A stretch of DNA of 63,285 nucleotides, the filler included, from Octopus bimaculoides (lineage: Eukaryota): NCBI RefSeq assembly GCF_001194135.2. It is 4 parts of 4 records of this genome, joined end to end, with 100 filler letters (N's around TTAATTAATTAA, not from the genome) between each part and the next. Parts side by side here need not be neighbours in the genome. Positions count along the whole stretch, not along the records: positions 36,660 to 61,648 come from NC_068984.1; 3 more parts are not named here. The stretch is one strand, 5' to 3'. The translations under genes were made by a program, and so were the position numbers. Under the pieces are notes generated by a model. It had not been told where the DNA came from. It did not search any database and saw only the letters and a program-made list of their open reading frames with translations. Every line of letters begins with the position of its first letter. Positions within the stretch are counted from its first letter, which is position 1. Positions 40,150 through 55,460 of this stretch are shown piece by piece.

Positions 40150-40367
40150 TCCCACTCATCAGTGAGTGAGATAGGCCCCTATGCTTTAACATTGTCCGGC
40201 CAGTTTTAAACTTCTCGTTGCACTCATACACACTTCCTAGCAGTATAGCACTGTATCGGTACTGTACGGTAATCCAATGAGAATGCCAGCCACTGAACAT
40301 CAGACCGGAGGAAGCGGATCACTGATCTCTGATTTGCCACGGAGCAGACTGCCAGCGGAACGGGCAT
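40150..40367 (-). pseudogene. mariner transposase N-terminal HTH fragment
   Basis: MPVPLAVCSVANQRSVIRFL...GSVYECNEKFKTGRT resembles EQRSVIRFL...SVYEWIEKFK.GRTS. Confidence 0.75.
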
Positions 40368-40531
40368 GATGAATCTGTAATACAAAAAAGAAAACTGGTG
40401 CTATCAATGTCAAACCCCATTACCTTAACCGCAACAGTAAAGTTGTTTAGCAAGCGAGAGCTGAATGGAATGCGGCTAGCCTGAAAATAATTTTAGAAAA
40501 AGGACGGATAATTTTTCACTCACCCAAGTTT

Positions 40532-40607
<76 letters not shown>

Positions 40608-42935
40608 GTGTGTGTGTGCTTTCTTGAGTGTGCTCCCATGAAATGTGAAATATGAAAGACATATAGACTCTTCGAGTAGCCAAATTACTACATATTTAAC
40701 TGCCTACTCACCTCATCAGACACTGTTTGTGAAAATATATTTCCACATACCCCGCGGTATGAAATTCGTCATGGAGCTAAGCAAGCAAAATTGACTATTA
40801 AGAAAACACCTATAACAGTTTTAGAATATAATGAAATCTACATGAATGTTACAAGGTAGGAAATTTTACACATTAGAGAAGGTATATAGCACATATGCGA
40901 CTAATCCTAAATAATTGCCTGTAGTGTTTGATGATTATCTTTCTGCTATTCACTCAACTGAACAGCCGTCTCCTTAAATTAACATGAAAGTAATTTGACA
41001 TTTCATAGCTACATTTTCCCGTATTATCCGGTTCAGCTTTATGTAGTTATATGACTAGGATGCAACATTATATTAGATATAAAATTCTTCTTGCGGAATT
41101 TGCCAATACTTCAGTTGAACAAATCATTTTTAGTTTGCATGAGTCAATCCTTATCAAACTATGAAACTTACCGTTGCCACTGTGCAATATGTTTGAAAGC
41201 ATGTTACCATGAATGTAAACCATAATTATTCAGAATGTATCTATGTTTGCATGATATATAATATAAAAACTACAGTAGTCAAAATGAGATATTGAATCAA
41301 TACAATACCAACATAAAGATATGAGGGAATGGGTACCGTCATCGCTCTACCAATTCAGAATAATATCAATGGCCTCAATCTTCAGTATTATGTGTGTGTG
41401 CGCGCGTGTGTGTGTATGTGCGTGTGTGTGTGTGTGAGTGTATGTGTGTGCGTGTGTATGTGTGTGTTTATGTGTGTGCGTGTGTTTATGTGTAATTATA
41501 GTCACAATATATAGATTCAATTAATCCGGTGGTACCCAGTTAAAAGTTTCTTCAGGTATCATTCTGTGAAACGTAGAATATTTAATGATTGTTTAAATTA
41601 ATGCAGCCATGTATAAACGATTAAACAGGCATTTTACAAAACACTTTGAAACTAAGGGGATCAATGTGTGAGAAATAACAAGTAAAAAATCCCTACCTGT
41701 GTATCTAATATCTAATATGACATACAATACGGTGTAATACCATGTAGCCTAAATAAAAACAGAGAACGATTAACAATATCATAGTGTAAGAGTTTCAGAA
41801 GCAGCAGAGTTTCTCGCATTAAACCAAAAGGGATAATCTATGGGTTCACAATCATTTCAAATTTCATGTTACTGTACAAATACAGTAATACTCAATAACA
41901 GAATTTTCAAACGGAAGTTGAAGAAAAAGAAAGGAATAAATAATTTATAGAACAATGTCTTAAAAAGGAAGAATTTTATTTAGATTTGTTGTACCCTCTA
42001 AATGTGAATCGTTATGGGGATTTGAGAAAGAGGGATACAATTTTAAAAATTAAAAAAATATTTTGTACATACTCATCCAATGCACTATGTGTAAACTTTT
42101 CCCTACTAGGACATACAGTGAATATGAACAATGTAATATAGAAAGAACACACTGTTTTAGACAGGGTTAAATTGCTTGTCAGCAATACGCGGGTATAATC
42201 TCAAATTATTTTTCGGTAATCAAAGTTAGGCTGCATCTCCCAGACATAGCAGTTATTATTACCAGGTTTTTAATGCTTAATATATCTACCCTGGAAATAT
42301 ATGCTTGTATGACATACTGCAGTTATTTGAACCTTCAAGCATATGCTAAAACGAAGATTCGTGCTTTTGATTTCAATGTATTCACAGATAAGTATCTCCA
42401 ACAAATATATATATTGTTATATTTTCAGCCAAATAACCACACGCATTATATATTCATTTTTCACTTCAGATTCATTATTATTTACTATCCTTTGTCCGAA
42501 ATCTTTCGTCGTACATCCTGTGAACTCTGAAGCGATTCGCCATCCCACGTATCTCCCCTGTTCTGGTTAGTCCATCTGTATATAAATGAAACTTTATCTA
42601 ACAGAAAAAAGAAGAGACACGTGGATGGGGAGACGCTGAAGAGCTTAATGTTGATTCAAATGTAAATGTCTAGATTTCCACAACACGTGAAGCGACCGCA
42701 GTTACCTTAGGCGTGATAGCCGAGTGTCCGATATTCAGAGCCTCAATGAAATTGAAAGCAGATTGTCCTTCTCATGATTCACTCTACCGTCAATGTTTCT
42801 CGTGCCTTTCGTTGTTTAATGACGCATAACGATTTATAGATAGTTACTATGATACTGAATTACTCACTAATGGTAGGCGTGTATTTGTATGCGAATAGAA
42901 ATTTATATATCTATATAAATAAATGTATACTTATG

Positions 42936-42971
<36 letters not shown>

Positions 42972-44239
42972 TACGCACACCCATATGTAAGTGTATGTGT
43001 TCGTGTGTGTGTTCGTGTGTGTATGTGTTTGTGTATATGTGTGTGATATGCATTCGTTTTGCAAGATTCTTCATACGAAACCGTGTGTTGGAACAAATAT
43101 TGTCATAGTTGGTAAACGTCATATTTTTGCTTAATAACCACATACGCGATATACGCGTTCTTCGCTTTACCTTGATTATTATTTGTATATCAGTGCCCTT
43201 CCCATGATATCTTTCATCGCACAACTTTTGACCTCCGCAGCGACTCTCCCTTCAGTGAGTCTCAGTCCCACGTGCCTTCCCTGGTTATATTTAGTCGATC
43301 TATTATATATTTAGATAACGATATATTTTTATACAGAAGGACTAATTGGAAAAGGAGCAAATACGCGCGATGGCGAGTCGCTGAAGAGGTTACAAGATAT
43401 GCGACAGAAGAATTATGGCAAAGGGCACTGAAATAAGAATAATAATAAAGCTGAAATGAACGACGAATATATTGCACATATGGCTATTAGGCAAAATGGC
43501 TGTTTCCACACACAGTTTCATATTTTGATACACTTTACACTAATTAAATATTCTAAATGAACTGAGATACTCGTCCTGCGTTTTCTAGTCCATCTTCTCT
43601 TAATATATACCTACTGACTCGGAGGCTACAACGGATCACTAGCTCCACCCTCAGCTGTGAACTCGGAATCTGATGGATGACCTCATCAGTAGTCCTCTGC
43701 TTTCTTCTTTCTTTTTTTTTGTGTCTTTCCAAACGATCTGCCACTTTGTATAAGTGAGAAGAAGGAACTCGGGCCGAGATGCAATTAATATACATTAAAG
43801 CTGAAGCAAGTGAACACCACGTATATAGTGCCTGTGTTTTCATTGGCTATACTGACAACATGACCATCTCCAAATACAACAACTATCCCCAACCCACACC
43901 TCACACCAATCCAATCCACACCCCATACCACCACAAACGCACTAGCGCTGACCACTTCCAGCACCCACTCCACACACCATCATCCGCAAACCCACACACT
44001 ATCATCCACGCACCCACAAACAATCTTCAATAGCGACACCACATACCACTATATGAGCAGCCACACGTTACAGACGCACACACACATGCAAATATCCACA
44101 CACGTCAAAGTCACTAGCCCCTATCCACACACACACACACACGCATTCTCACATGCACACTCACGCAGGCACGCCTTCGTTTTAGGAACCCCAATACTTT
44201 ATTATCTCATCTTCTTTCAACCTTTTCGTTCAATTTTCT

Positions 44240-44420
44240 TTTTCTAAACAGTCGTCGAGCTTGACCGCTAAATGCTCAGGTTTTTTTTAAAAAAAATTAT
44301 CTCTGTTTATTTTCTTTTATTCCTATCTGTTGAAGAACGTCGGCTTGAAACGTAAATGACTATTTTACTTTTCCGTGCGTCAAACTGATACACCTGCTCA
44401 TTGTCCATACACCTGCCTTC
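44240..44420 (+). mobile_element. Possible Penelope-like terminal repeat relic
   Basis: TTGAAGAACGTCGGCTTGAAACGTA resembles a decayed minimal hammerhead (CTGANGA..GAAACGTH); family assignment is from recall only. Confidence 0.3.
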
Positions 44421-44949
44421 CTCTTTCATTTTTCTGTGCGTTGCGTCCTGTTACTTAATAAATGCAAAAAAATATTGTAAATACACAAAGGACGAAATGA
44501 AAAACGTATAACGTATGTTGAGTTGCCGAACGAACGGAAGATAGACGCAGAAGGTCCCTAATTCTCCATCAATTATCAACCAGATGGTTTTACTCAGTTT
44601 CCATCATTAATAATAAGACTGAGGGGTGTCGCATGCTGGCAGTGCTCGCGAAATATGCGGAGAGAGAATATAGTGCCCAGAGTGACAAAATAGGGATAAC
44701 AAGCGCAGTAAAATGGACTTGCGAATTGGAATAAATGCAATTTAAGACGATTGACGAAGGAGGAAGATGAAATAAATAAGAAAGGAGCAAAATATAGCCT
44801 CAGGCTGCGTAACGCTTACAAGGCCATCTTAAAGAATAAGAAAGACATCAAATAGCAAAACATGTGTCAGCGGGACACAGAGAATTTATGTGTGTGTGTA
44901 TATACATATATGTGTGTATACACATATAAGAATCTGCAAGTAATGATTT

Positions 44950-45006
<57 letters not shown>

Positions 45007-48003
45007 NNNNNNNNNNNNNNNNNNNNNNNNNNNNNNNNNNNNNNNNNNNNNNNNNNNNNNNNNNNNNNNNNNNNNNNNNNNNNNNNNNNNNNNNNNNNNN
45101 NNNNNNNNNNNNNNNNNNNNNNNNNNNNNNNNNNNNNNNNNNNNNNNNNNNNNNNNNNNNNNNNNNNNNNNNNNNNNNNNNNNNNNNNNNNNNNNNNNNN
45201 NNNNNNNNNNNNNNNNNNNNNNNNNNNNNNNNNNNNNNNNNNNNNNNNNNNNNNNNNNNNNNNNNNNNNNNNNNNNNNNNNNNNNNNNNNNNNNNNNNNN
45301 NNNNNNNNNNNNNNNNNNNNNNNNNNNNNNNNNNNNNNNNNNNNNNNNNNNNNNNNNNNNNNNNNNNNNNNNNNNNNNNNNNNNNNNNNNNNNNNNNNNN
45401 NNNNNNNNNNNNNNNNNNNNNNNNNNNNNNNNNNNNNNNNNNNNNNNNNNNNNNNNNNNNNNNNNNNNNNNNNNNNNNNNNNNNNNNNNNNNNNNNNNNN
45501 NNNNNNNNNNNNNNNNNNNNNNNNNNNNNNNNNNNNNNNNNNNNNNNNNNNNNNNNNNNNNNNNNNNNNNNNNNNNNNNNNNNNNNNNNNNNNNNNNNNN
45601 NNNNNNNNNNNNNNNNNNNNNNNNNNNNNNNNNNNNNNNNNNNNNNNNNNNNNNNNNNNNNNNNNNNNNNNNNNNNNNNNNNNNNNNNNNNNNNTATATA
45701 TACATACACGTAAATGCATTACGTACACATTCTTGCACGTGTATACACTGAAATCTTACTTCAAATGAAGTCATAGGATTGTTGTGCCAAATCATGATTC
45801 ATTAAGCTTACAGGTAGTCAAACTAACGTCGAGATTTCTCCTTTTTCTGGTGGTTTATCAAATCCAAATACGCAAATTTCGTCATTGGTTTTCATAAGTC
45901 ACTATGGTGACGATACTTTACTGGCTCCGACATATATTTTGGTTTTAACACAAATCTGTATGAAGAAATTTTATTTCTGTCACTTCTATAGCTTCATACC
46001 TTATGAAAGTCTAGATTTCTATTATTTGAAACAATTATTTATTGCAGGCTACATCAAAACATTTGAAATATAATATCATTGATATGTATTTATTCACAAC
46101 ACATATTATTCACAGTGCAAAAGTTAGTTGTCTTCTCGCTTTTATAATGTTTAAGGAGATATATTTAAGTAACACAGCTGTAAGAAACACAGCTTAATTT
46201 ATTGAATCAATAAGTTAATTCTTCGTATCTTGTTTTAGAAACTTCCATATCTATTATGAAATGGCTCTCTACATTATGTGCTATAACTTCTTTTCACAGT
46301 ATTTCTTCATTCGTGTTATATAGCAAGATACGTGTAAGTTTTCTTAGATCACGTAAACAAGATTCTTTTAAAAACCTAATATAAAAGGCAACATGGAAAT
46401 GAATAAAAAAATAGAAAAACGAGACTAAATTAATGGTAGAGGAAGATTTATTATTTTGATGGTTTTTACATTTAAATTTTCTCTCATAAAATTTCACATT
46501 AGTATGTCTAAACTAAAAAATATCAATAACATTTTTGCTATTTATTTGCTTATTTGTTTTGTCTGTGAATTTATATTTACATTCGTATGCATACAGTTGC
46601 TCTTTAATTTGTACCTAGTTATTGAAAAAAGATTAGAAATTAATATAGAAAGAAAAACAAAGGAAATAAACGTCATGATTCAAAAAAATAAAATATTTCT
46701 AAAAAATCCTATTAATATTCATATTCCGTGGATTTATTTTCTCTGATAAACATTTTTTTCTATCTCTTTCTGTCTCTCTCCATCAATCTCTCACACTCTC
46801 CGTTGGGCTGTTTTTCAGTCTTGAGCTTCAATTTGAAATAACAAAATAACACAGAATTCATTGTTGCAGATTTATTGTTTCTGAAAAGATTTCTTGATAT
46901 TGCCGTGACAATATTTCATCATCTGTCAAATAAAGAATATTACAAATAACAGGATTGCGTGACTTATGTGAATTCTTTGAACATGGTTTTAATGTCAGAA
47001 TAATTTTAAATGAATTTCTCCACTATACATTCTTTTTGTTTTCATGTCAGTGTTCTTCCCCTTTTTAAAATCTCAGTTGTGCTTATTATTATGTAAAAGG
47101 TTTTGTGTTTAATGGTAGGATATTTAAAGAACGACACTACCAACAACATTGTTCGCAACTGCAAAAATAATATCTTGACACCTTAAACTGAGATTAACTA
47201 TGTATATTCCACAGAATAATTTCACGAGAGACATGTTAAAAGAATTCCTGGCATTCTGAATGATAATGTCAGTCCATATTAATTTCGGAAAAAAACGCAT
47301 ATAGAATATTTAAGATTAAGAACATGAAACTGATGGGGTTTTTTTGTGAAACTGAACGGAATAGATTACTATTGAAGATCATTAGTATTTTAAAAATGCT
47401 TTTTGTAATATTGTATGAGTGTCACAGAATACTGTAGGTATCTATAATTTTATGGTTATTAAATCTGATCACTCTAAATAAGAAAATAACACCATATAAC
47501 ACCAAACAACAAAATGCCAGATACATGGATGAAATGTAAGACATATATTTAAGATAGAGAAAGGTATAGATTATATACAGAGACATTATATTGAGAGAGT
47601 CACATAACAGAACTACAAAATCGAAAAATATATTAGTAGTCAAGCTGGAATGGAAGCCTTTTTAATGGCTTCTGTGTATGTGTGAGTGATTTCTGATGGA
47701 AGATTTGATTTAAAACAATTTTTTTCGCGATACACTCTTATCCCTGTGTGGTAAATTGGGATTTCTAATATCTTTCCTGAAAATAGATACTAAATGTCTT
47801 CAACTATATCACCTGCTTTCTCTTGCCGTTCAGGAGAGGGTTGTACATGAAGCATGATTATGCTTCCAGAATGTTTACTTATCCTTCAGCATATTAGTCT
47901 GTGCAGCGTGGAGTGGCATTTTGACAAATGTCGTATATTATCCATATAAGTATAAAAAAACTGTCTGTATAAGTTAAATAAATGAGGAAATTACATTTAT
48001 TTA

Positions 48004-48029
48004 GCTTCTTCTTCTTCATCTTCTTCTTC

Positions 48030-48092
<63 letters not shown>

Positions 48093-48155
48093 TTCTTCTT
48101 CTTCTTCTTCTTCTTCTTCTTATTTTTCGTCGTCGTCGTCGTCGTCGTCGTCGTC
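48004..48155. repeat. (TTC)n followed by (GTC)n microsatellite
   Basis: Direct reading. Confidence 0.95.
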
Positions 48156-49749
48156 TTTAAGATGTACAATTCTGATGAAGTGTCACTTAAATGTCTAACA
48201 TCACAAACGTTACGTAAATTTTCACTTTGAGTAAAAGCGTAAACTGACGTAGCAAGCAGAGTTGGTACAGAAACAATTGTAACGAATAATTAATAATGTA
48301 TTAAAGGCTTTGTTTGTCTTATTATATGTATATGTGCGGTGCGTGTGTATGTGTCTGTGCGCGCGCACATGTGTGTATACTAGAAGACGAGGAAGAAATA
48401 CAATCGTTCTATGCAACTTAATTTCCTTTTACATTAAGGCTTCTTTATCTTCACTGAGATACCCATCAACATATGTGTTGTAGGACTTGCACCATGTCCA
48501 AACATGTTTTCCGAGGAGACCGTGGTTAAGTCATTTTATTTGCAATTTACACCAGTAACAATTTTCTTTAACTACAATAATCTATCTGTATTTTCCAATG
48601 GAATAAAAACAATGTGTTCTGGATTAGGTGATCATGGGTACAGTAATTTGACGATAGCTTATCTCGATCACAAATGCGTTGGGAATGAACGTCAACATTC
48701 TCAAAATATATGCTCTACTAACAAAAAACAACACCGTCAACTTCTTAAACAAACATATTCCGCATAGAAAATGTACGCAATTTTTAAACTTACTTTTCCT
48801 TTATCAGCAAGCGTAAATCTTTGCTAAGGCTGTGCATGAATATTAAACTCCAAGAACCATATGTATGTATATCATAAACCAAGGCAAATATGGCCAGTTT
48901 CCTTTCTATGACGCATGTTTCACTTCCATGAAATACGTTGTTGAAATTGCTTTAGAAAACTGGCTAAAAATTTCACACAATTAAAGTGAATTTTCGTTTC
49001 CGTCAACTTTAAAGAGAAATTTAATGGAAAGTAATTTTGTGTACAAAATCAACAAGAAGAGTACCGTTATGAATGCGAGCAATAAAAATTATCTCTTTAT
49101 TTCCTAGAATCTCCAGAATCGGTGGAGCCTTTGATTATCAATGCTTTATATGTAAGAATAAATTTATCTATCTATCTATCTATCTATCNNNNNNNNNNNN
49201 NNNNNNNNNNNNNNNNNNNNNNNNNNNNNNNNNNNNNNNNNNNNNNNNNNNNNNNNNNNNNNNNNNNNNNNNNNNNNNNNNNNNNNNNNNNNNNNNNNNN
49301 NNNNNNNNNNNNNNNNNNNNNNNNNNNNNNNNNNNNNNNNNNNNNNNNNNNNNNNNNNNNNNNNNNNNNNNNNNNNNNNNNNNNNNNNNNNNNNNNNNNN
49401 NNNNNNNNNNNNNNNNNNNNNNNNNNNNNNNNNNNNNNNNNNNNNNNNNNNNNNNNNNNNNNNNNNNNNNNNNNNNNNNNNNNNNNNNNNNNNNNNNNNN
49501 NNNNNNNNNNNNNNNNNNNNNNNNNNNNNNNNNNNNNNNNNNNNNNNNNNNNNNNNNNNNNNNNNNNNNNNNNNNNNNNNNNNNNNNNNNNNNNNNNNNN
49601 NNNNNNNNNNNNNNNNNNNNNNNNNNNNNNNNNNNNNNNNNNNNNNNNNNNNNNNNNNNNNNNNNNNNNNNNNNNNNNNNNNNNNNNNNNNNNNNNNNNN
49701 NNNNTATATATGTGTGTATATAGAATATGTGTTATGTGTGTCTATCTTC

Positions 49750-50010
49750 CTCATTATCATCATTATCACCTTCAGCAGCAGCTAGCAAACGGGTGGGAAG
49801 CACCAAACTCCAGTCTCATTTGGTATGGTTTCTACAGGTGGATGCCCTTCCAATCGCTGAATGCTTTTGCGAGGTACCGCACGGGCTCTTTTACGTGACG
49901 CTGCACGGACGCTATTACGTGACGCCGTACTTTTTACGTGTCATTGCACAGGCAATTTTACGTGGCAATGCAAGGATATTTTTATGTGCCACCACTGTGG
50001 ATGAGTTACA
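49750..50010 (-). mobile_element. RTE LINE 3'UTR-type copy with expanded internal subrepeat
   Basis: GTTTCTACAGGTGGATGCCCTTCC and repeated TTTTACGTG units, as in 17660-17800. Confidence 0.6.
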
Positions 50011-52711
50011 GAACCAGAAGAATCAGTCTTAAATTACATATGTATGTATGTATTTATACACACACACGCACACATTAGGTACCTATGCGCAAAGTAAATT
50101 AGAAAATATAGCACTCAAATACCAAATATAGAACCATATATAATTTTATTAAATCAGAAAAAAAAACATCACACGCTCTTACTCAGAATTTGAAAGGACC
50201 GTTCGCGAATCAGTTGTGATAATACAAAATAATGAAATCTTTAAAAAATAACTGTGGGTGTGTATAATATTTACTAGATACGCGATCAACGAACAAATAT
50301 TTCAATTTGATTGCGTAACTAATTTGAAAACTATCAGTGCATAAATGGCTGCCAACTAACGGCGCATAGGTTGGGATTAACCGTAGCAGCAAAATAACTA
50401 TAAACAATAGTTGAATAAAAAAAACTCTCTGTAGAGAAATACAGAGTGTAGTAGAATATATCAAAAGTAGAAATTGCAAATGATTAAAATGAATATAATA
50501 GCTGCAACAGACGTATATAAAGGTATGCTGTGGTGTATATATATATATATATATATATTATGTGTGTCTGTGTGTGTATATGTGCGTGTGTATATGTGCG
50601 TGTGTCTGTATACCTGATACATTACTGAAAATAACTTTAGCGAAGCAAAATATTTAATTTTGTGAAATAGTTCTGTAGTAATATTTATGCTAAATACTTA
50701 TCTACAAGATTTTGTAATCCAGGCCTGTATAGAGTTAATAATGTAAGAAATTAACCATTACCGAACTATGAAAGAGTCATAAATAGTAAAACGCGAAATA
50801 AAGTAAAAGCTTATGTAGACATAACTGGATTCATCTATAAAAATATATAGGAAATATATAGATAAACTTCTTAAAAACTGAGACATCGAATTCAATATTA
50901 TTCCTATAAGTACTTGTCAAGTGATACTGTAGGCAGCAATGATACGGGACGACTATGGTTCTAATGAGATGACGAAGACAAGTTGGTCTCTATTTTGAAT
51001 AATTCTTCAGTAACTGACCTTGTCTTGTGCCTGTGTATGAATGTATATCATGGGTACATTAACCTTTTGAGAAATCTATCTTTCAAGCTAGTATTTATAA
51101 GAGTAAGATTTGAAACTTTAAATTATTCACCTACCAATATATCATGTGACAAATGCATCTAGTAAATCAGCAGTATAAAAATTACACTGATAAAATTTCA
51201 AATATATATACAAAAATCATTAGAAAGTAATGCATTTATATAAATATGGAAACGCAATAAACATGTGAGCAGTTGTATTTACCAATATTTCTTCAAGTCT
51301 TCATCTCCAATTTAAACTTCACTTACTGTATTTTTACATTTTCTTTATTCAATCATTCAGTCATTCTAACCAATGATGCACTCTGTATATCAATTCCATT
51401 TCTAGGTTAAAAATGGGTGGTAGGTCGGTTTATTGATTAGTTAGTTGAATGTGAACGGAATGATAACATTTAACACAAGAAAATAATGACAGTTGACAAT
51501 CAATATTGGATTTCGGAAAATGGTTAGCTACATGAGATGTCATGTTTGGCTGGGCGAGGTTTTCATATTTATATTATTTTTTTTTATTCTACCGTTTTTG
51601 TTCTCTTCAAGCAATTATACTTTCAAAGGAGATGTTATTGTGTGTACAATTCAAACCTCTTTACTTTCTATAAATGCACTCTTTTTCTTTCATTCCTACA
51701 TATTTTTACTTTTCAGAATTGTACTTTTTGCGTCAGTGATTTATTTGTTTTGTGAGATTTTTCTCAAGAATATTTTTGCAAAATTGTTATTTAACTTTTA
51801 TTATTGAATATTTTTGTTGATAGATTTATATTCTTCGATCTTTTTGCTCTTCAACTTTTTAGTTTTTGTATGTATTTTCCTAAGATTTTACGTCTTACAC
51901 CTTTCAAAATTAATTGGTTTGCTCAAAGAAAGTGGCATAACGCAGAACAAAAAAAGTATATACGTATATGCATACAGGGTAACGACCAAAAAATTGGCAA
52001 TACCAACTCACAAAGGATTACATGAATGGAGAACGAGGAAGAGCAATGCAAAGAGATGAAGGAAAAGCAATATACGAGAAGCAACAAATTACAGATAATT
52101 CTAGGAATATATATAATTATGCATGCACATACACATAGAAACACACACACAGACGCGCACACACATATATGTATATATGCGTGTATATAAGCGTATATAT
52201 GTATTTATGTATACACTCATACATACATGCATATAAATATATTAAAAGACACCGAATTAAAAATCTCTAGCACCACAGGTTTAGGCTTCATATCCAACAT
52301 CAGTATACAGGAACAAGAAATGCTGTTCAATAAGGTAGTAAAGTTACTTATATGTCAACTTGTTATAAGATGTATCTTTCTCTTCCTTCAGGAAAATAAT
52401 TTACTCATACACACGCACGCACACACACACATACACACACACACACACACACGCATACATATGAGTGGCTGTGGGTGTGTGCATTTACACACAAAAAGAC
52501 ACACACACACGCACTCAAAGATTTATACATTTATATATATACGCATGTATGAGTGAATGCATAATATATATGTAGAAATACACTTAAACGGACATGTAAA
52601 ATCGTACGTAGCTTTACATATATACGCATATATATATGTGTGAGTGTATTAATCGTATATAATCGTCCAAACGCAAATGCAACTATGGGACAAAAGCTGA
52701 TGTATACCTCC

Positions 52712-52757
<46 letters not shown>

Positions 52758-53020
52758 NNNNNNNNNNNNNNNNNNNNNNNNNNNNNNNNNNNNNNNNNNN
52801 NNNNNNNNNNNNNNNNNNNNNNNNNNNNNNNNNNNNNNNNNNNNNNNNNNNNNNNNNNNNNNNNNNNNNNNNNNNNNNNNNNNNNNNNNNNNNNNNNNNN
52901 NNNNNNNNNNNNNNNNNNNNNNNNNNNNNNNNNNNNNNNNNNNNNNNNNNNNNNNNNNNNNNNNNNNNNNNNNNNNNNNNNNNNNNNNNNNNNNNNNNNN
53001 NNNNNNNNNNNNNNNNNNNN

Positions 53021-53057
<37 letters not shown>

Positions 53058-53786
53058 ATATATATATATATATATATACATATACACCACGATTTTTTCG
53101 CGATGAGAGTTGTTGGAAGACCGAGCTACTATATATATATATGCTGTGAATTTAAATCTCCACACACATGGATTAGCATTCATACCTACCAAATTGTATG
53201 ATAAACAGCAGCATATACAAACTAAGATGCACACTTATATTTGTGCGTATATATTGCATGCATCTATAGAGACACACTCACATACGCATTTTATTCATCT
53301 CACGTTTCTATACAAATTTTGTATTCGCACGTATACCAACAGAATCATGCACACAACAGTACAACAGAACGCAAATTGCCTGCTCTGTCTATCCGGAGTA
53401 CGCTTTATGAATAATGTTGCTGAATAATTAAAGTGTGATGCTATTTATTGATCAATGGGTGCCTTCAGCATTTTGCTTACTCAGCAGAAATGACATTATT
53501 CAGTTCAATGAAGAAAGAATGAAATGTGAAATATATTAAATAAATTCTACAGAAGAAGCAAACGTGGAAAAAAGGTGTAGAAAAAAATAAAACCAATACC
53601 CTAAAACTTTAGCAGTCTCTTCAATTTATGTTCGTGTTTATTAATTCACAAGCTGCATAAATGTTCTAATTCAGTTGCAATTAAATGGTGGTGTCTCTAT
53701 GCCAATTCAATTTCGACTACATCTTTTTCAATATAGTCAATAATTGTATTACTGAACAACATATCAAAATCCAAATAGTATATTTC

Positions 53787-53834
<48 letters not shown>

Positions 53835-54304
53835 ACTAGTGAATACACATACACACTAACACACAAGTATGCACTGACACGCACACTTATATGAAAATGC
53901 ATGAATGTCTATATTAAAATTAATATTAAATTTATGTATAAGCGTTTAAATATCAGAAGCAAATATTCATAAATATACTCCCAAATATACTCCAGAAATA
54001 CTGATATATACTTTCATACATACATACATACATACATACATACATACGTACGTACATACATACATACATACATACATACATACATACATGCAAACATACA
54101 TACATACATGCATACATACGTCCATACGCACGTACATACATGCATATGTATACACACACACNNNNNNNNNNACATACATACGTACGTACATACATACATA
54201 CATACATACATACATACATACATGCAAACATACATACATACATGCATACATACGTCCATACGCACGTACATACATACATATGTATAGACACACACCCCAC
54301 ACAA

Positions 54305-54384
<80 letters not shown>

Positions 54385-54814
54385 TTTATACACAGATATG
54401 TGTGTGGATGTGTGGGTGTGTTTGCGTTTGTATATATTTAGATATAGGCTATAAAACCACTGGTATTAAAAACGCATTTACATCCCATTACCATTAGCTA
54501 ATTTGACACCTCTCCAACTCGAACTTCACAAGGATTGCATAGTGTACTGGGTGTAGTGAATCTTGACAAAATTATTCACACCTTCATGCAAACCAGAGTA
54601 TTTGTCTCCCGAACGCTACCTAGAGACTGCAGTTTACTGATATTCATAACTTACTATGTTATATGTGTGTGTAAGGCCTCGAAATTAATCTTACACGAAC
54701 GACTTAAGATGACACTTCAAAAACGAATGCAACATATTTACAACAGTCAAGTGATTATTATCACAATTACATGTCGACTATATAAGTTAATTTACTCTCA
54801 CATATATAAATATA

Positions 54815-55460
54815 TACGAGGGGATGCCCCAAATAAATTGGGATTTTGCAATATTCGTTTTTATTAATATTTTCTTTACATCTTCCACATCTGCAAATTC
54901 CGTGGCTCGAGCTTTCGTCACCAGTGATGATCTTCAAAAAGAGTTCTCATTCAAATTCCAGCTGTTCTTTCAGCTCACGATACGCATTTAGTCGTGATAG
55001 CTTTTGCTCTTCCGTGAGTAAGCAAGACACACATTTTTTTTGCAGCTTTTTTCATTCGTGATTCATCATTCAAAATTCGTTGGCAGGAACTCCAGAACAT
55101 ACCACTCATATCAACATGTTCGTCAATTGTTCAATATTTATCCTCCAAGATCAGTTCACAAATTTTCGTGATGTATTCATTCGTTCCGGAACAAGGTTGG
55201 TCTTCAGACGACAAGTGAACATTCCTAAAGCGTGGAAACCACTCGTAATCTTGTGTTTTGCTCATGGCAACATCCTTTTAACTTGTTTGAAGCATGACAC
55301 CTGTTCCAGCCGCTGTTTACCCCAGCAGAAAGCAAAATTTCATGGAAGCACGCTGTTTCTCCGTTCGATCTCGAAAATCGACGAAAGGGGGAGAAGCACT
55401 GCAAAGCAAAGCCGTCTAGGACATCATGTATTAATTTGCATTGCACAAAGTTTTTTCGTA
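54815..55460 (-). mobile_element. Internally deleted mariner transposon
   Basis: KQRASMKFCFLLG...MSKTQDYEWF.RF...SWSSCQRIL-like...LTEEQK...KIITGDES (first catalytic D); TA-CGAGGGG terminus at 54815. Confidence 0.85.

Noticed and set aside
43553-43843. 96-aa minus ORF with signal-like N-terminus
   Set aside because: No recognisable domain, includes a poly-A-derived KKKERRK stretch; plausible by chance.
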